A stretch of DNA of 39,340 bases from Dirinaria sp. TL-2023a. Its lineage: Eukaryota. Of this stretch, positions 1 through 13,697 are shown in pieces; position 1 is the stretch's first letter, and every line of letters starts with the position of its first letter. Under the pieces are notes generated by a model. That model saw only the letters and a program-made list of their open reading frames with translations. It did no database searches and had not been told where the DNA came from. The stretch spans positions 1 through 39,340 of the forward strand of contig JAVEBF010000050.1 in NCBI GenBank assembly GCA_051941275.1, written 5' to 3'. Both the position numbers and the translations under genes were made by a program.

Positions 1-102
1 ATACAACCGTGCGGGAGAAGTGCCACGCTCCTTCTCCTCCACGAAGTTCAATTCGACCCACTTCAAAGACTTGCACAAGTTTGTCACATTTATGAACAGA
101 GC

Positions 103-896
103 ATGGCACCACAGCCGAAGCAGCGCAAGATTGCTATCCTGGGCAGCCGATCAGTTGGTCTGGCGTCTCTTTGCGCTTTGGTTTTGTGAAATTCATGGCT
201 GACGGGGATCCGCAGGCAAATCTTCCCTGACCGTCCGATTCGTCGAGGGCCACTTCGTCGAGAGCTATTATCCCACCATCGAGAATACCTTCAGCCAAGT
301 GATCAAGTACAAGGGGCAGGACTTCGCCACAGAAATAGTCGACACGGCGGGTCAGGTAAGCGCTCAGCCAGGAACACTTTAGAGTTACCAAAAACGGCCT
401 GCTGCAGCCTGCCATCGATCGACCGCCTAACACGCCCGTCGTGCTCTAGGACGAATACAGCATCCTAAATTCCAAGCACTTCATCGGCATTCATGGCTAC
501 ATGCTCGTCTACTCTGTCACCTCGCGCCAGTCTTTTGAAATGATCCGTATCTTGCGGGACAAGATTCTCAACCACCTCGTACGTCCAACCCAACCCCTCC
601 GGCCCGTCGCCCCGTGAACAACTGCCAGAGGCATACCTTACTGAACCGGTTCGTAGGGTGCTGACTGGGTTCCTCTCGTCATTGTCGGGAACAAAAGTGA
701 CCTCACCAGCAAGCAGCGGCAGATCGACGAGGTTGAGGGCCGTACATTGGCAGAGGAGTTCAAGTGCGCATTCACCGAAGCCAGCGCAAGGCAGAACACC
801 AATGTGACCAAGGCCTTTGAGTCGATGATTGCCGAGATTGAGAAGTCACAGAATCCGAGCGAGCCGACAGGAGGAAGCAAATGCCTGGTAATGTAA
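103..896 (+). CDS. RHB1: Rheb small GTPase (4 exons: 103-157, 216-355, 450-578, 657-896)
   Basis: Spliced translation MAPQPKQRKIAILGSRSVGKSSLTVRFVEGHFVESYYPTIENTF...DTAGQDEYS...GNKSDL...EASAR...KCLVM*. The G1 box GSRSVGKS has the Rheb-diagnostic Arg, the effector loop is YPTIENTF, and the C-terminal CaaX is CLVM. All introns are GT..AG. Confidence 0.96.
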
Positions 897-1789
897 TCAA
901 GTTTTCGAACTTCTTCTCGAGCGTAAACATTAGATTTGTACGATCAAGGCTGTAGACAATTGGTCTCGGGCGAACACTACAGCACTGCGTTGCGAAATTA
1001 TCATCGCCAATAGGAAGAAGGTGTTTCATGTATGAGTACTAGGTTAGGACCTGGATGTTTTCAGAAGTAATGAACGGTTTTCTTCCGGCCATAGCTGCTG
1101 GCCGCACAACTTTAGCCATTTGCCTCACCATGACAAGACTGCTATTATCATATAGAACCTTAGTCCGCAAGCCTCTGCCAAAGCTTTTCCAGGATAGAAA
1201 TTTGAAAAAGGAATACAATACGACAGGTCTGGTAACACTTACCTTAGTAAGACTCAATTCATGCAGGCGGTACCTCAAGGTACAGGTAAGGCAAATGCTG
1301 GGTGATGCATGCCCATAGGAACTTTACGCTCTTTAGATCTGCAACCGCGGCTTAGTCCGTCATCTTCTTGACCTGGATCTTCTAGGGTCTCATGGTCGAG
1401 GAGGGAGTCGTGAATCAGTGTGGTAGGTAGTAGGTATATGTAGTAACTAAAAGAGCAAGGTGAGGTAGTCCCTACCTACCTTATGGAAGGTAAGTAAAAT
1501 ACAGACTTTGTGCTCTGAAATCCGATACAATTCCCGGTTTCATTACCAGCATTGAATCGTACCTTTCCAATAATGATATGTCGAAATTAGTACCATAGGC
1601 CATCTACATCATGGTGATATGACACATATCGTGTTCTTCGCTTAATGCGGTCAGGTGTATGATAATTGGGCCTTCGTTGCAGCATGCTACAACACCTCGA
1701 TTGACGAGCAGCGCTCATTCCTGCCACACCCAAAATTCCGTAACATCTTACTCTAGTCGGTATCTCGTGAACAGTCAGCGCGTCTCACC

Positions 1790-3556
<1,767 letters not shown>

Positions 3557-4019
3557 TCTCTGAACTTGGTGTCGCTCTTGTCGAGCTACTCCGAGGAGCG
3601 AGAGAGTAGTGTACGCAGACATAACGCATGGCTTCCAGTGGAGAAGCGCCGGTCGAACTGTGCCATCCTGATTTATAGGGGTTTCTTCATTGTTGTTACC
3701 TAACTGCCTTTAAATGCCTCCCAATCATGAGCGGAATAAAGTCAAGTCAAGCAATACAAATGTAAGGTACCTTATCTTGAGGTAAGGTAATGTAGGTAAT
3801 TGTTTACGGCGCCTTGACGTGGAGTAGGGTAGGTATGGATAGGTAAGGTACGTTAGATACTGTATGTACAATTACTGTGTTTGACTCGGGAAGTTCCATA
3901 GCCGCAACCAGTCAAGCTAGTATGTATTGTAATAAAACGTTCGTTCTGGACAGTGACTGGGTGACTGCGCAAGGCTGCAGCCCAAGAGCATCAGAAGCTT
4001 GTCTCCATCGCCACGACAC

Positions 4020-4176
4020 GTGATGATTGAATCCCATCATGGCTCTGTTACGACTTCACTTAGCCGGGGTGAACAGGCAGACTCTTTTGCCCTGGTTCAC
4101 ATATCCGCCCTTATTTCTACATCCACGAGTCATGAACGTTGAAAAATTCCTCCTACCGCTAAGCTGAGCAATCTGA
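4020..4176 (+). ncRNA. Candidate box C/D snoRNA, U13/snR45-like
   Basis: Box C GTGATGA at 4020-4026. An 11-nt TGTTACGACTT (4046-4056) is complementary to the conserved SSU rRNA AAGUCGUAACA. A hairpin lies at 4069-4100 and CTGA boxes at 4164-4167 and 4173-4176. The 5' guide expected of U13 was not found. Confidence 0.3.
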
Positions 4177-4287
4177 TTCCCATGTCATGTCTCTAGACTG
4201 GCTGGGTAATTTCCCTCTCCCCGTGTCCTCAAGGAAGTCCTGAGTATCCCCTTGGGTCTTCGAGTGCGAGTCTTTACTGGCTTGGGA

Positions 4288-6276
4288 ATGGCACCGACCT
4301 TTTACAACTGTCCCTTCTGCACCTTTGCAGACGACGACTCTCGATTCCTCGTTCAGCATGTCGGATTGGCGCATCCCGAAACCGATGACTCACCTTTCGT
4401 TGTGAGGGAACATGACAGAGCCAGGAGAAACAGTGTATTAAGTGTTGAAGAAAGTGCTGGCTCGAGGGGCGCGACTTCCGGAGATGGCTACATTGAGTGC
4501 GAATGGTAGGTAATCTTTTTCCCTTCTGGCAGGAAATTCAGGGCATTGATACCGACGACTCATGCGTCAGTATTGTTGAGATTGTATTCCTGCAATATAT
4601 TATTTCCTTATGTCTCTCGTATTGATAGCCAAAGGCTAATTTGATGCCCTTGGACAGTGGGGAGACCGTTCTCGTATCGGAGTTCTCGAGCCATTCGGAT
4701 TTTCATTTGGCGGAGGGGATGGCGCTTAAAGAAGCCGAAGAGATCGACTCGGGGAAGGATACAACTATTGTCTCTAGGGACCACTCGCCGTTTGCGACCG
4801 CTGGGTCTATGCCATCGAAAAGCGCTCTTCATAACAGCAGTTCACCCCGTAACCGCTCTAGCCCAAGCTCCGCCCCAAATTCGCAGAATCGAAGTCCAAT
4901 TCAGAAACATCCTTACAGTATCAAGGACTGGGCAAATGTACTCCTTGGTTCCGCACCTAACCTTCGCACAAAGACCGCCGCCACTCGAAAGCGTAGAAGC
5001 GCAAGGAGACTAGGTGTACGTGTCTATGTCAGATCTCTGTTGTCGGCTTTTCTTACTGTATGCGTCATAGAAATCGGATCTAGGACCACATGCATATGAA
5101 GAGGAGATGCCGGCATGGCTACGGAGACAACTAGAACAGGGCGCAAAAGTCACGGTCGTCAACAGACTCACTGCCGATGGGCGAACCATACGCCTCGAGC
5201 AGATAGCTAACGAAACTCGAGGTATCCTGCCAGTCCTATACCAGCTCTGCGAGCAGGATCGATCCCTTTCCAAGGTTTACCTGTGCCATCCCCATGTTCA
5301 ACACGTGGTGAAGATGGCTAAAGAAGGGGGGTTTTGTGGCTATCGGAATATCCAGATGATGGTGAGTTTCTTAGCGCCTTGACACTGACTTATTTGCGCG
5401 GGTGCACGAAACGTCGATCTCGCTGACAGCTTCCCTAGGTCTCGTTCATCCAAGACGCAAAAGCTGAGGGACACGAGCATTTTCCAGGAAGAATTCCGTC
5501 TATCTTGCAGCTTCAAGACTTGATTGAGAGAGCGTGGGACCTTGGTTTTAATAGCTGCGGCAGAATTGAGACTGGGGGCATCCGAGGAACCAGAAAGTTC
5601 ATTGGAACACCCGAGGTAGAAACCCGACCTCGACCCCGAAAAATGTATGCTAACCGAAGGAAAAAGGCACAAGCGCTTCTGCAGAGCTTGGATATTGGGT
5701 AGGCCTTATAGTAGACTAGCCTCTCCAATTGGAGACTAATCCCTCCTTTAGGTGTGAAGCAACTGCGTTTGGTTCGAACGGAAAGGGGAATAAGGACTCC
5801 ACTGCTCCACTAGCTCTCGAACAAGTCTCTCAGAGCGTCGAAGACTACTTTATTGGAGGTACCATTGATCCCTCGGAAAAGGTTTGTCGGACATCGCTGC
5901 CACCATTGTATTTCCAACATCCTGGTACGTACTTTCCATCTCTTCGTATACCAGCCCTTGCCATGACCTAACTCCTACAAGGCCATTCGTTGACCATTAT
6001 CGGCTTCGAGAGACGTAAGAGCGGGACGTGCAATTTGCTAGTCTTTGATCCAATGTTTAAGCCTTCGCCTGGCATTATCAACCTGATCGGTACTCGGTTT
6101 CGCTCTGCTGCGCCGGAAAAATTGCTCAAGTCATATCGACGTGGGGAAACTTATCTAGGAAGGCATAAGTGTTTCGAGATCTTAAAGTACCTTGACCACT
6201 ATCTTCGTTGCCCGCACAGCTGATCCTTCTAAGGTTAACGTCACGATCGCCCCCTGTACCAGGATGGAACGGGTAG
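4288..6276 (+). CDS. Zinc-finger peptidase family C78 (Mug105/ZUFSP-like deubiquitinase), multi-exon
   Basis: N-terminal C2H2 finger CPFC..H...H and a second CxC..H motif across intron 4506-4657. Catalytic-Cys motif GGFCGYRNIQM, LQDLIERAWDLG, TRKFIGTPE, YFQHPGHSLTIIG (His) and LVFDP (Asp) are present. The last exon ends GWNG* at 6276. Confidence 0.85.
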
Positions 6277-8172
6277 TGAGCACCATGCATGTTCTTGACG
6301 GTCCCAATCAGCTATGGTGGATTGACTGCTCCTTCTACGATTTCACGAAATCAGGGAATTCGACCGATATGGTTGCCACTTGCATTGACAGATTGCATCA
6401 AGGCAACGTGCGTACGTAATGTACTCTAGACCTCACCCACCTCACCTAGTCATACTTCTTGAGGCCGTGGGAGTCGTCCGTTTTCGACTGTCGGCGTCTG
6501 CGTCCGTAGTTGCTTTTCTGAGTTTGGCTATTGGTCGTCGCCGAACGACCGACTTGCTACCGTTTGCCTGCTTTGACCATTTGCTTTCTATCCCCGCTTG
6601 TTATTCAAACCATTGCACTACCAGAACCGAGTCAAGCAGATACAATGGCTTATTTGTAGCCACCGCCGACAGCAATTACTCCACACTTACCAACGCTACT
6701 CTACTAAAAGCTTCTCCTCCCAGTCAACGTCAAATCCTCACCGCTATGCCTCCATTCCGGGCACTTCCGGGTCCAGGCCACTGCAACGCAACTCACTCGA
6801 ATTAGGGAGGAACAGTCTCACCAGTCCAAGATTTGCTGTCAATCAAATACTGATTCATCCACTGAGCATCCAAAACATTTCATAGCTAAAGTATTTTGCT
6901 GTAAGCAAATCAATCTAGACAGTAAGCCTAGCCGAGAGCGCCTCAAGCATCTCGATTCTGACCTTTTTTGCGGACTATTCTACTCTCAAAAGTGCTTTTT
7001 GTAGATTTTTTGTCTCGAATTGACCACTAATATAATCATAAGCTACAGCACTTACAGGAGGTCAAGCAAGAGAATGAAGACACTTTTCATGAGGTGCTCT
7101 CGGCCAGGCTTACTTTTCGAATTGTTTTCCTCGCCACACTATCTTCATCGTTATTTGGGCCAAAAGTTTCAATAGAATCAAGGGTATCATGTCCTCTAAT
7201 GATACTTCTGCCATTTCCCGAGTTCCCCCTAGGCCCCATTCCCCAAAGGTTTAAGCCTGAATGGACCTTGTGAACGTTTCATGCACTACTTAATTTTGTG
7301 CTTCGATCGGACAAGGAGTCCGATGATGGCTCAATTATTCAAACAGGAGGAACGACTACCGGGGGACGATAGTGCTTTCTTCGTCTCATCTAGGAATGGA
7401 CTCATCAACCTTTATGGGAAAACATGAGGCGGCTTTACTGAGATCCAGACATCACAGTAGTACGATATTTTATATTCTTGTCTATTTATGCAACATGGGT
7501 CCTCAAATAACCGTTTTAAGCTCTATAAAATCCGGCACTTTGCAACGGTTATACATGAGTCTGTCACTAGTCTCTCTCAACATTATGCATTGGAGCGGCG
7601 CTGTCACAAGCATCGACAAGGAAAGCCTAGTAGCCTACAGAAACAGCAAACCAATCAAGCAGGAGTATTAAAAGAAGCAAACCGTGGCCCAAACATGCGA
7701 AACTCAGGCACTGTTCAAGTACGACGCAGACTCGTTGGATCCAAGGATAGCTCAACTTAAGGCGAGTACAGTCTACTAACAAAACCGTTCCAAGTGACAA
7801 AGGTTTGTCCTTGGAATTTCGTCTCATTCAATACCACCAAGCTGCAGCATGAATTTGGCGACGACACGTCGGAAGTCAGGAAAGCTGGACTACCCGGAAG
7901 GGCAAGTAGCCGTAAAGGCTAACTAACTTTCTACACTCAACAAGGGCTGTAAAAAGCATGCACGGTTAAAGGGCGAAGTCACGCCTCTGGAGCTGACTTT
8001 ATGCAAAGCTTTGAAAGGTGGGCTGCATTTATCCTCGAGACTCCCGACATCTCGTCCTTTGGATAATTGATAAGAGGTTTAAGCCCATTCTCGAGAGCCT
8101 TGACGATATCGACTCAGAGACGATAAACTCCTTGAAGGTCCCAAGGAAAAAAGCTCAATCGTATGATTTGAG

Positions 8173-9918
8173 CTACGAGAAGCTCCTGCGCCTTACCCTC
8201 ATTCGGACGTACCTCTGTGGGTCCATCGAACCCGGATATGCTTGATGTTCTGACTCTGTGTGGGCACGAGGTGCTGCTGAATTGAACTCCCACAACGCTA
8301 GTATACCAGCCACGAAGGCTAGGACTTGTTTTTCTACAGATCTCATATCCAAGGGCACTGATTTACTGTCGCCCCAACATAGCAATGAGTCCAAATCTTC
8401 CCCAGGAGTTAAAAACCTGTCAGGCCGGAAGAGATCGAGAGGTTCAAAGCATGCGGCGTCTGGAAGTAGTAAAGCGAATGGAATCGCTATGTACTCTCCA
8501 GCTTTAAGCGTATACGATGCTGGCGGTTCATCACTCTTCGTACTCGCCCGGGTATCTCGCACTTCACAGTCGTTCTCTACCTTCCTCAGCGACACCACAG
8601 AGCTATCCAAACGCACGCATTCCCAGTAGCAGGCCCTGAGTAGCTTGCAAGATTTGAGAAGCCCGTCAGCATCCAGTTCAAGACGTGGAGGCTCTGGGAT
8701 GCTAAAGTCACCTGACGGCTGAGTCACTCTAGCAAAGGGCGCACTCTCAGCTCGAACCTTGTCCAGCAAGGTTGGATCGTCGTAAAGGCGGACAAGGAGC
8801 CAGAAAACGAGGCCAGAGATGGCTGTGCCCAGGCTAACATTATCAGCTTGGTCATTCTAGAGAAAGACTGGGCACCTAGCTATAACATACGACCAAATGA
8901 GATACAGATCCAGCGGACCCTTGACTCTTGGCGGGGTACCTCGTTGCCGATAGAGTGAGCTCCTATCCTTCATAAGCCCACAGACGTCGTTTAAATCTCT
9001 CCACGGCGGGTTGAGATCCTCCCCTATAGCGTCTCTGTCAATCGCTTTATGGAACGAATCGATAGCCATTTCCATCCTGCGCCTAGCAATGCGCGCTCTC
9101 AATAGAGCCTGGGCCGGAAACAGGCGAGGCAGGCTTAGCAGAAGGTACCGAAAGCCCGCGTCAAAATCCGAGAGATCATCGAAGATGCCAGGATATATAT
9201 CCAGAAATTCTCTACCAAGCAGAGCCGAGTAGGTGATATGTTTTACGAAACTTCGGATTAAAGGCAAGAAATCCGTCTCTACGACCTTAGCGTCTAAGCG
9301 GGTTGTGTAGCTTGACCTCTCCCACGCTTGTTGATCTACGAGACTCTCGGCGAATGAGATCAATTTTGGCACACTTAGCTCGATGTTCCTGAAAAATGAT
9401 GTAGGGAGAGAATTCTCTCCTCCGCCAAGAGCATTGATGACTGGAACTGCACCAAAATCTTCCCAAGTAATGCGATGCCTGCGCAGTAATTTACTGTCTG
9501 CCCCGAAAGCTCGGCATAGAAGGGACTCAAGCACCGGTGTAGGATCGAAGAAACCCTCTGAATGATCCAGGATCGACTTAGACAGGCATTTACTGTCTAC
9601 AATATTCCACGTGTAGCCAAAAATGATCAAAGCGAAGATGCCGTGGCCCGAATGCTTGCTGCTGTGGTATCAGCAGTAGATCCACTACTCATTGGTTACA
9701 GCACCAGAAACGAACCTGGTTTTCCGGACGAATGAGCCAGGATCCGCGAGTAACGAAAATGTGTGGCCAAGCCAAGGCACCCAATAGGGTATCCTAGGGA
9801 CTCGTTCTTCAGCTGTGTCTCTGGCTTTTGGGAGGCTAATTTGAGTGATTTGGCGGATGTAGCATGCACCTGCCAACGCCAAAAGCAAGGTGATAGAAAC
9901 AGCTGCAAGAGAGGCCAT
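8173..9918 (-). CDS. Cytochrome P450-fold protein (CYP7-like), heme-ligand Cys apparently absent; 3 exons
   Basis: N-terminal membrane anchor followed by PYWVPWLGH, I-helix region ..GLVFWLL, K-helix ECVR (ExxR) and FRPDRF (PERF). The heme loop reads WGDSKSVPLDMRSVEKQV. Introns lie at about 9715-9662 and about 8890-8834. Confidence 0.85.
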
Positions 9919-10460
9919 TGCTCTGGATTTCAGCTCCTATCAACGGACACTAATCTGAAGACATAAGGTAGGATGATTAGTACTAATAGATACGGAATTC
10001 GCTAGGAGAATATTCGAAAGAGCACCCTGGATCAATAGCAATCGTGCTGTACCTGTACCTGGAGTCTATTAGTTCGAATGATTAGAGCAACCAACAAGCT
10101 TGAAGCACAGAAACTACATGTATTGTGCCGCTTTTAGCTCCTTAGTCAGTGTCCGGGTGCCTTGCCAATCCCCAACTCAGCCTAGTGGGTGTAGACGTTG
10201 GCTAGGGCGGCATTTCCAGGACAAGCGTAATTGTGCGGAGTACGAGGGAGTGGCAGATGGAGTGGCAAAGGGGGCTTTCCTAGGTACGGGCATGTGTAAG
10301 GGGGCAATCCCAATTAGGTAGCCTTAGATGCCATTGGAATCCATTACTTGAGCACCTGGGTGAGTAAGTAACCTAACGTGCCTCCATTACGGTAGTGCTG
10401 TAATAACATTACCTGAAGGAGGTAAAGTAAGAGAACCGAGCATGGGCCATGCATAGAGGG

Positions 10461-10471
10461 AAAATTTTTCA
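10461..10471 (-). promoter_or_regulatory. RRPE-like element upstream of FAP7
   Basis: AAAATTTTTCA reads TGAAAAATTTT on the minus strand, about 240 bp upstream of a ribosome-biogenesis gene. Confidence 0.45.
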
Positions 10472-10711
10472 TTGTGATCAAGTCCCGAAACCCTAGGAAA
10501 ATTCAGGGTTAGACGGCAGATCTAAGGTAACCATCTGTGTGTGCGGGACTTAGAAATCTTTGTTTATTTTTCTCCCCTCTATGCATGACCCATGCTCGGT
10601 TCTCTTACCTTTGAGACTTAAGGTAAGCGCCAAGCAATCACGAAGGTTCTGCACGGACTTCGCGTTCTCCAGACCTCTTAGTCTTAACCTGAGATCCCAA
10701 GAACACTAGTC

Positions 10712-11305
10712 ATGGGAACGAGCGCAAGGGAAAAACCGAACATCATTGTGACTGGTACACCTGGCGTAGGTAAGACCAGTCACTGTGAGCTTCTAGCGCA
10801 AAGTACCGGCCTGAAACACCTCTCAATCAATCATGTCGTTAAGGAACGTGGCTGTCACGAAGGCTGGGATAAGGAACACAAAAGTTGGATTGTCAACGAG
10901 GATGAGGTAATGCAGGTTTCTGTGTGCACCCAGCAGGCCAGAATTCGGCGGCTGATGATTATGCCATAGCTCCTTGATTCTATTGAAAAAGAGCTCTACC
11001 AAGGTGGCTATATCCTTGACTGGCATGCCTGCGACCTCTTTCCAGAGAGCTGGGTTGACCTTGTCATCGTGTTACGGACAGACTCAAAGCATCTTTACGA
11101 TAGGCTGAAAGCGAGAGACTATCCCGAGCAAAAGCTACAGGAAAACATTGATACCGAGATCATGGAGGTTCTGCTCGATGAGGCACGGAATGCCTACGAC
11201 CAGGAGATTGTGATTGAGCTACAAAGCAACGAACCCGAGGATCTTGAAACTAATGTCGAGCGGATTGGAGAGTGGCTTGAGAATTGGAGGATGGACAAAA
11301 CGTGA
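10712..11305 (+). CDS. FAP7: Adenylate kinase 6 / Fap7 (40S maturation NTPase); intron 10907-10969
   Basis: PNIIVTGTPGVGKT (Walker A), ILDWH (Walker B hhhDxH), DLVIVLRT and LYDRLKARDYPEQKLQENID. Confidence 0.93.
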
Positions 11306-11362
11306 AGAACACAGCCTAATTAGATTCCGAGTGGACGGAATGCTTGCGCTTTCCTGGATGTG

Positions 11363-12140
11363 TTAGGTTTGGTCCGTTAACCATTGGCGGAGTTTGCTCA
11401 GCGCAATGGATCGATGGCTGATTGAATTTTTCTTCTGCTTGTCCATCACTGCAAAGGTTTCGCCCTGGCACTCGAAGATAGGGTCCCAGCCTTATGTCGT
11501 ACGTCAACAAATCAGCCCATCTATGGGGGACGCGCTAACACACCAAAGTTCGTTGCGCCCCGCGCAGGGACTATCTTTCCCTAGCCATTCTGAGTCGAAC
11601 TCCAGTAACGGATTATGAAGCCGAACCTACCATAACTCTTCCTTCGAAGATGATCGGATCATGTCCTGGGCTTTCACAGTAAGCGAAGGTACAAACGGCC
11701 TGGGCGCTTTTGTCCTCGTAAGCGACAAGGAGATCGTTCAAGCCGTTGTGACCAAGGGCTTGGAGAAACCATTTACTGTCGGAATCACGGGTCAGCACGA
11801 GTTGACTGCAGCTGTCTGTCGCAGGACGGAGGGGCCGACATATATGGTCCCGGAAGGCCTTTGAGCGCGTTGAAGCATAGACAAGTATCCTCGACGAGGA
11901 CCGGCCCTTGCACCTTGGAAAATCTCAACGTCACGATCGATTACTCATTAGTTCGGACAGGAAACGAACCATTGCAGCTGCTCGTCGACATTTATCTATT
12001 GAGATCTCTTCAATCGTCCCCTGTATCTCGATTATGTCGAGGCTTTGACTTTTAAGCGGAAGAACATCGCCAAGAATCGCCTGAACTTCGGCAAGCTTAT
12101 TTTTGTTGCCTGTGATGAAGTTGAGCTCTTTTGGTGCCAT
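11363..12140 (-). CDS. HAM1: Inosine triphosphate pyrophosphatase (5 exons)
   Basis: [57 protein letters not shown] and NSISHRS. Stop TAA at 11365-11363. Confidence 0.95.
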
Positions 12141-13697
12141 TGTCAGCTTCCAGTCCAAACTGTGGACCAACAGTAATAGAGTAAGCGGTTAAGCGTCACG
12201 ATCTGTGGATTTGGGTTTCGTTTTGGCTAGGGCTGTTCTAGGTTTACAGATTATTCAACGTAAGGTAAGGTAAGCTGCCTCAGGTATTTGGTGAGAGACC
12301 GTACAAAGAGAGGGTCAGATAGAAATAAATTAATAATGTTGAATTGGGGCACTCGGGTACCTTACCTTGTTCCTCAGCTAAAGGTATATTATGCCACCAG
12401 AAAGACCGGAAATGACAAGGAACCATTTTTTCGTTCTTGAACAGCATCCCGGTAAGATTACTTTGCTACAAATTACTGTGCTTTTAGCATTCCAGTTGGA
12501 AGCACCTCAAGCGCGAGAAACTACCTTATGGCATCAAACATGGAGCAAACCGGCCACCCTCTCAAGCTCCAGGAACTGCATCAGGCCATCTGCTTTACAT
12601 CTTACCCTTACCAGACTTAAGCCCCTACACCGCGCTCTACGTTTCCTTCCCTCTTTCGTCCGCGCATTATGACTTTTCACCGAAAGCACGCTCTGCGCCT
12701 CTCGAAAAGTGCACTTTCGGTCATGCTGGTCAGTGCATGTCAGTGAACCCACCAACGAGCAAGCCTTTGCCGGCGTTTCGCTTGATAAGGTGCCGATTAG
12801 AGGACTGATACGAAACATATTGCCTGTAGAAACAATGCTACATATAGTTATTTATGTAAGCTCTCGAATGCGCCCCCGGGAATGTTTGGGGGTGGGGGAG
12901 GAGGGAACCTGCTGCAGTGCTGTAGGATAGTGAGCGAAAAGCTACCCATCGTGAAAACCAAAACAATTGATGGAATTGTCGGGCGCTTCATTTCGGTGTC
13001 GCCCAAAGGAACAAGGGCTTTGGAGCCATATTCCTGTTGTGTGCTGTCCAGGGATGAAATGCAGGACTTTGGGATGGAAACGCAGCTCAGCTAAAGCGCA
13101 TTGCCTTCTGCGACCCGCTTTTCGAAAACATGATCGTGGCTAGAGAGTGGAAGAGCAAATGGGTAAAGCAAAGCGTCATTTCATTGACTCAAAGACTAAC
13201 AGTAAGGATTGGAGAAATGTTCAGTCATGAAAAACGGGTGAATTGTGACGATGTGGCTCTAGTACAAGCATTCGTCCTTGTGACAGAACATGATGCGCGT
13301 TGACTAAGTGGTAAGGTATGGTCACTATCGAAAGAAGCGACAACTGCATCCAATCCATCTATAAAACCATGCACTTCTTGCACTTCTTCGCTGTGCAGCA
13401 TGACTGAGCGCCATCTTCTCCGACGGCGCTTTGCTGCTATCACCGACTGACCCGCCATGCGCTAAAGTCAAATCATGAAAACCATCTACCAGCGCCACTG
13501 CTGAACAATGCTCCGAGCCCATGCATTGCTTCCACTTCCGAAATTTAAAATGCAATCGTCAAGGGAAGCGCCCGCTAAAATCCAACACGCGAAGCACACC
13601 ATCGCCGAACTATACTCGAACATGATATGCGAACATTAGTAGTAACATCCTTCTCACACCTAGGGTAGATCGAAATTAGCGCAGACAAGGCCGCCTG

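Noticed and set aside
12391..13555. Short ORFs between HAM1 and the myosin 3' end
   Set aside because: No recognisable domain or consistent splice structure, so they are treated as promoter/UTR sequence.
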